From Macrostomum lignano (lineage: Eukaryota), in assembly GCA_002269645.1 (NCBI GenBank), contig NIVC01000416.1, positions 248,001 to 312,000 of the forward strand: a stretch of DNA of 64,000 nt. The letters run 5' to 3'. The translations under genes and the position numbers were made by a program. This document shows positions 61,770 to 64,000 of this stretch, piece after piece. How positions within the stretch are numbered: the stretch's first letter is position 1; every line of letters starts with the position of its first letter. The notes under the pieces are model-generated. The model ran no database searches. It was given only the letters and a program-made list of their open reading frames with translations, and was not told where the DNA came from.

Positions 61770-61974
61770 CCCGGGACGCTGGGCGGCAATTGATGAAGCC
61801 AGAATTGTCAAATTAGTATCACTTGTAACCAGATGAATTTATTATATTGATTAATATCTAATTAGATACCAGAACTGCGGCGACTCAATTCGGCATGCGT
61901 TCAGATCTGGAATGTTTGGCAACCTTTCTGATTAAGCTACTAAAAGTAGTATTATGATTCAATTTTAGGTTTAC

Positions 61975-62212
61975 ATAATATTAATAATTGATTACACCTG
62001 CCTTAATGGGCATCTGAAGGCTGCGTACGGCTGTTCAGTCCAAGGACTGGGGGGTCGCCACACACACCCTCAATTACCTCAGCTGGGTGAACTCAAGCAA
62101 TGCAGAGTCAAGTGTCTTGCTCAAGGACACAAATTGTTCCGAGTGGGTCGAGAATCGAACCCCCGACCTTCAAGTCGTGAGTTTGACGCTTTAACCACTA
62201 GGCTACAACCCC
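61975..62212 (-). mobile_element. CORE-like SINE copy D (intact tRNA-like head, internal deletions)
   Basis: Head GGGGTTGTAGCCTAGTGGTTAAAGCGTCAAACTCACGACTTGAAGGTCGGGGGTTCGATTC contains A and B boxes. Confidence 0.85.
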
Positions 62213-63027
62213 TAGTTCTACAAAGATCGACAAAAACTTAAAAATAAATCAAGTAAATAAATGAAGACCAAAAACGCACGTAATCAGCAATTAAATCCCA
62301 AACAACCATAAATTAACCTTGTATTTTTATTGAATAAATTCTCAGTAACATTGACAGAAGAAAAAAACACTTAACACGGTTTGAAACTTACTGGACAACA
62401 TAGTTATGTATATAGTTTTTTTTTAATTCTGACCACAGATACTATAATAACTAGATGGGCCTCTCAGCACATTTGCGTGTAAGCTACTGTCAGTTTAGTA
62501 GTAAGTTGTTAAATAGAAGTATGTTAATGTATTTTTTAAGCCAAGGTTCATTTATTAGCTCTTAACCCCCACTAAATCCTTTAAACGCGACTTATCAAGA
62601 CTACCCCTCGCCCCACCCCAAGTTTTATTGCCTTTCTCGGAATTCCAGTCTAAAGCGGCCATGTATATTTCAGTGAACTGGCTAATGTACATTACTGCTG
62701 AACCAATTAGCAAGTTGTTCTTCCAAACTTATCAACGTCATTCCAGCTGCCTTTATTTTTATAAAAAAGCTTATGTTTTCTTCTTTGCTACTGAACTGAA
62801 AGTAGAAAGCTGTTTTGCATGGCCCATCTAGACATTTTATTGTCTGCGATTCTGACTAACACTTCGAAATCCGATTTTTGATAGACTACTGACTCAAGAG
62901 TAGTTTAAGCAAATATTTATATCATAATTGATGATAGAACATCTAGAGATATTTATCTAGGGATACTATAGTCATTAACAATGCCCTACACCATCAGTTA
63001 TTGGAGCTAAGACTAAAAAGTTCTAAT

Positions 63028-63433
63028 CTACCAACGTCCGCCGCGAGCTTTCTTCTTTTTCTGCTGCTGCTGTTGCTGCTTCGGCTTAGTCGCCGTGGCG
63101 GCGGCGGCGGCTGCTCCGGCAGCCGGTTCTGAAGCGGCAGCAGCGGCCGCGGCGGCGCCTTCCGCAGCTTCAGCGGCGGCGGCCATCTGTCTGGCTCGAA
63201 CGTCCAAATCGCCGGAGGCCGCGGTGGCGCCCTGCGGTCCGCGCGTCATCTGCCTGTGCTTGTCCTTCTTCTTGCCCCGATAGTAGGAGCGCTCCCGGCG
63301 GGGCAGCCAGCGCTCGGGGTCGGGCGGCGGCCCGGCAGGATCGAAGTTCTTAGGCAGCTTGCCCTTCTTCTTTTTCTTCTTCTGAGCGGCGGCAGCCGAG
63401 GCTGGCGAAGCGGCGGCCTGCTTAGCCGCTTCT
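63028..63433 (-). CDS. SRP72: signal recognition particle subunit SRP72, last exon (upstream exons lie off the right edge)
   Basis: After a CATCCGCAG acceptor the frame reads EAAKQ..KKKKKKGKLPKNFDPAGPPPDPERWLPRRERSYYRGKKK..GPQGAT..KKKKARGGRW*. This is the SRP72 RNA-binding motif and C-terminus. Confidence 0.93.
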
Positions 63434-63489
63434 CTGCGGATGCGAGAAATATATTGAATTTGATGAGTTTGTCAACAATGATTGCCGCC

Positions 63490-64000
63490 GAAGTTGAGAT
63501 ACTGGCGCTTAATTTGAGTTACTGGCGCTAAAGTTGAGATACTGGCGCTAAAGTTAAGATACTGGCGGGTTAAAGTTGAGATACTGGCGCTAAAGTTAAG
63601 ATACTGGCGGGTTAAAGTTGAGATACTGGCGCTAAAGTTGAGATACTGGCGCTAAAGTTGAGATACTGGCGCTAAAGTTGAGATACTGGCGCTGAAGTTG
63701 AGATACTGGCGCTGAAGTTGAGATACTGGCGCTAAAGTTGAGATACTGGCGCTGAAGTTGAGATACTGGCGCTGAAGTTGAGATACTGGCGCTAAAGTTG
63801 AGATACTGGCGCTAAAGTTGAGATACTGGCGCTGAAGTTGAGATACTGGCGCTAAAGTTGAGATACCGGCGCTAAAGTTGAGATACTGGCGCTGAAGTTG
63901 AGATACTGGCGCTAAAGTTGAGATACTGGCGCTGAAGTTGAGATACTGGCGCTAAAGTTGAAATACTGGCGCGTTAAAGTTGAGATACCGGCGCTAAAGA
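63490..64000 (+). repeat. 20-bp minisatellite in an SRP72 intron
   Basis: Unit GAGATACTGGCGCTAAAGTT, running to the window edge. Confidence 0.95.

Noticed and set aside
62140-62212. tRNA-like sequence with A and B boxes (also at ~37370, ~49000 and ~22140)
   Set aside because: It lacks a well-paired acceptor stem and is fused to a SINE body and tail in all four copies, so it is a SINE head rather than a tRNA gene.

Overview
This is repeat-rich animal genomic DNA, not prokaryotic. GC-rich exons, AT-rich spacers, poly-Q/A/S proteins and a different minisatellite in most introns resemble free-living flatworms such as Macrostomum, but that is an inference. I reconstructed seven host genes by hand from splice sites and reading phase: Rab1 (-, first two coding exons), GALK2 (+, 4 exons), a GLRX2-like glutaredoxin (+), a highly divergent ETS factor (+, 3 exons), Meis/homothorax (-, 12 coding exons), USP36/scrawny (-, 3 exons) and SRP72 (-, last exon). 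The ~22 kb between the head-to-head Rab1 and GALK2 genes is a stack of nested transposons, and most junctions still show target-site duplications (TSDs). A large foldback element hosts a fragmented solo LTR. That LTR in turn hosts a CsRN1-type Gypsy element, a Mutator-like foldback and a Mag-type Gypsy element. A CORE-like tRNA SINE is split by a hAT transposon and a hAT MITE. The most interesting candidate is an in-frame splice acceptor upstream of the glutaredoxin. It could add a mitochondrial presequence, possibly starting from a spliced-leader AUG, while the downstream ATG would give a myristoylated isoform. Most long ORFs in the supplied track over tandem arrays are artefacts.
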